Below are positions 61,412 to 64,000 of a stretch of 64,000 nucleotides of DNA, one piece after another. The notes below the pieces were generated by a model that did no database searches, was not told the origin of the DNA, and was given only the letters and a program-made list of their open reading frames with translations. Source of the DNA: Macrostomum lignano (taxonomy: Eukaryota); NCBI GenBank assembly GCA_002269645.1, contig NIVC01001206.1:44563-108562 (forward strand), in the 5' to 3' direction. Each line of letters starts with the position of its first letter. Within the stretch, counting starts at the first letter, position 1. The translations under genes and the position numbers were made by a program.

Positions 61412-62745
61412 CTGTGTCCGAGTTGACCCAAATTAGATAGTCAGAGATGACCCACATTGGGTGTCAGAGTTGACCCAAATTAGATAGTAAGAGATGACCC
61501 GCATTGGGTGTCAGAGTTGACCCAAATTAGATAGTAAGAGATGACCCACATTGGGTGTCCGAGTTGACCCAAATTAGATAGTCAGAGATGACCCACATTG
61601 GGTGTCAGAGTTGACCCAAAATTAGATAGTCAGAGATGACCCACATTGGGTGTCAGAGTTGACCCAAATTAGATAGTCAGAGATGACCCACATTGGGTGT
61701 CCGAGTTGACCCAAATTAGATAGTCAGAGATGACCCACATTGGGTGTCAGAGTTGACCCAAATTAGATAGTCAGAGATGACCCACATTGGGTGTCAGAGT
61801 TGACCCAAATTATATGCCAGAGTTGACCCACATTGGGTGTCCGAGTTGACCCAAATTAGATAGTCAGAGATGACCCACATTGGGTGTCCGAGTTGACCCA
61901 AATTATATGCCAGAGTTGACCCACATTGGGGGTCAGAGTTGATCCACATTATGCGTCAGAGTTGACCCACATTGGGTGTCAGAGTTGACCCAAATTAGAT
62001 AGTAAGAGATGACCCACATTGGGTGTCAGAGTTGACCCAAATTAGATAGTCAGAGATGACCCACATTGGGTGTCCGAGTTGACTCAAATTCGAGTAAGAT
62101 ATGACCCACATTGGGTGTCAGAGTTGACCCAAATTAGATAGTCAGAGATGACCCACATTGGGTGTCCGAGTTGACTCAAATTCGAGTAAGATATGACCCA
62201 CATTGGGTGTCCGAGTTGACCCAAATTAGATAGTCAGAGATGACCCACATTGGGTGTCCGAGTTGACCCAAATTAGATAGTCAGAGATGACCCACATTGG
62301 GTGTCAGAGTTGACCCAAAATTAGATAGTCAGAGATGACCCACATTGGGTGTCAGAGTTGACCCAAATTAGATAGTCAGAGATGACCCACATTGGGTGTC
62401 CGAGTTGACCCAAATTAGATAGTCAGAGATGACCCACATTGGGTGTCAGAGTTGACCCAAATTAGATAGTCAGAGATGACCCACATTGGGTGTCAGAGTT
62501 GACCCAAATTATATGCCAGAGTTGACCCACATTGGGTGTCCGAGTTGACCCAAATTAGATAGTCAGAGATGACCCACATTGGGTGTCCGAGTTGACCCAA
62601 ATTATATGCCAGAGTTGACCCACATTGGGGGTCAGAGTTGATCCACATTATGCGTCAGAGTTGACCCACATTGGGGGTCAGAGTTGACCCACATTATGCG
62701 TCAGAGTTGACCCACATTGGGTCAGAGTTGACTCACGTTGGGGGT
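61412..62745. repeat. 47-bp dimeric (24+23) minisatellite CAGAGTTGACCCAAATTAGATAGT-CAGAGATGACCCACATTGGGTGT
   Basis: Direct tandem repetition of two related sub-units. Confidence 0.95.
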
Positions 62746-63602
62746 CAGAGCTAGATTCCAATCCAGTCCACTCTAGCGCTCGTATTGGTAGTCCTTGGCG
62801 CAAAGCACACAAGTAGTGGTTCCCCCGCATCGATCTGGGGCCGGGCCTGCAGCCTCCCCGTGCGTGTTTTTCCTAATCGAATTTTGTCCTCCCTAGAGCA
62901 AAGTGATCTAGTGGGTGATGAAGAGGGAGACGGTTGGGAGTTGGAAGAGACAAGAGTGGCATCTACAAAGCGAGAATATCGTCTCTATACATACGTGGCT
63001 ACTGCATATGTGGACTCAGATTCCACCAAACTCTTCATCTTAGCCTCTCCGCAGCCGAGAAGGGGACAGGGAATAATTAAAGCCCGGCTGGAGTTCTCAG
63101 TAGGCACGCAAGAAAAACTTCTGACCGAAGCGCGGCTAACAATTCCAGCAAAAGGATGTGTTGTGGGGCGCCGGCTTTGGTGTGCTTGAGAAAGTTGAGT
63201 TAAGTTGCTAGGAGAGGTGGTGGGTCGGGCCTCATGTTAGATCGATTGCGTGCAGACAGAGCCCGGCACCGAGATCGTGCAGTGGGGGGATAATTCTCCC
63301 CCAGCTGTGTCAGTGAGGGATGGAGTGAAATTATAAATTAGGGTTAGTTTGTTATATTGGTTACGCATGTATGCTCAACATCGGATTCGCGATTCCGTCT
63401 CAAGTGTTACTCACAAGGCAGCTGGACGAATGCACGCAGTAACCATGCAGTGCTGCCTGGAATTGTAAATCATTGGGCCTTGATTTTAGCTGTGAATGCG
63501 GGGTGCGACCTGCGCAGGCTCCAGCCTCTGAGCGCCGGGTATGGTTCGAATTCCTTTTCTCTTTAGTGTGATTTGACTGAGCTCTTTTGTGCTTGATAAT
63601 TC

Positions 63603-63606
63603 TCTG

Positions 63607-63689
<83 letters not shown>

Positions 63690-63765
63690 AGTCTATTGTA
63701 TTTCTGATGTTTCTCTGGTGCCTGATGTCTTTCTGGTGTCTCTGGTGTCTCTGGTGTCTCTGGTG

Positions 63766-63863
<98 letters not shown>

Positions 63864-63949
63864 GTCTCTGGTGTCTCTGGTGTCTCTGGTGTCTCTGGTG
63901 TCTCTGGTGTCTCTGGTGTCTCTTGTGTCTCTGGTGTCTCTGGTGTCTC

Positions 63950-64000
<51 letters not shown>
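63603..64000. repeat. (CT)n and (TCTCTGGTG)n microsatellites
   Basis: Direct. Confidence 0.95.

Noticed and set aside
62785-63566. LINE endonuclease remnant
   Set aside because: Only vague resemblance on the minus strand; no GD.N or SDH motifs found.

Overview
Eukaryotic (animal) genomic DNA. The very short exon-flanking sequence and minisatellite-filled introns resemble a flatworm such as Macrostomum; this is inference from style only. Spliced genes I could reconstruct by hand: a secreted CAP/SCP + EGF protein (minus, <684-4730), an RluA-family pseudouridine synthase (RPUSD2-like, 14445-20337), an intronless double-RING protein (21516-22700), phosphorylase kinase beta (PHKB, 25874-34062, one 1-nt frameshift), NDOR1/Tah18 (37804-41779), and a RING/B-box/coiled-coil/NHL-like (TRIM-NHL-type) gene (minus, 43568-59655). 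A young full-length 8.65-kb Ty3/Gypsy LTR retrotransposon (45206-53856) splits a coding exon of the TRIM-NHL-type gene. It has ~99% identical LTRs, a TAAG target duplication, a tRNA-His PBS and a GGGAAAC -1 frameshift site. The standout observation is an extra, uninterrupted ~558-aa ORF at the env position of this retrotransposon. It fuses a J-domain-like module lacking HPD to a complete TatD-like domain in which nearly all metal ligands are replaced, several by Lys/Arg. Also present: a near-intact mariner (10105-11385), three tRNA-derived CORE-type SINEs, and more than 20 tandem arrays. Most long ORFs in the supplied track are artefacts of those arrays.
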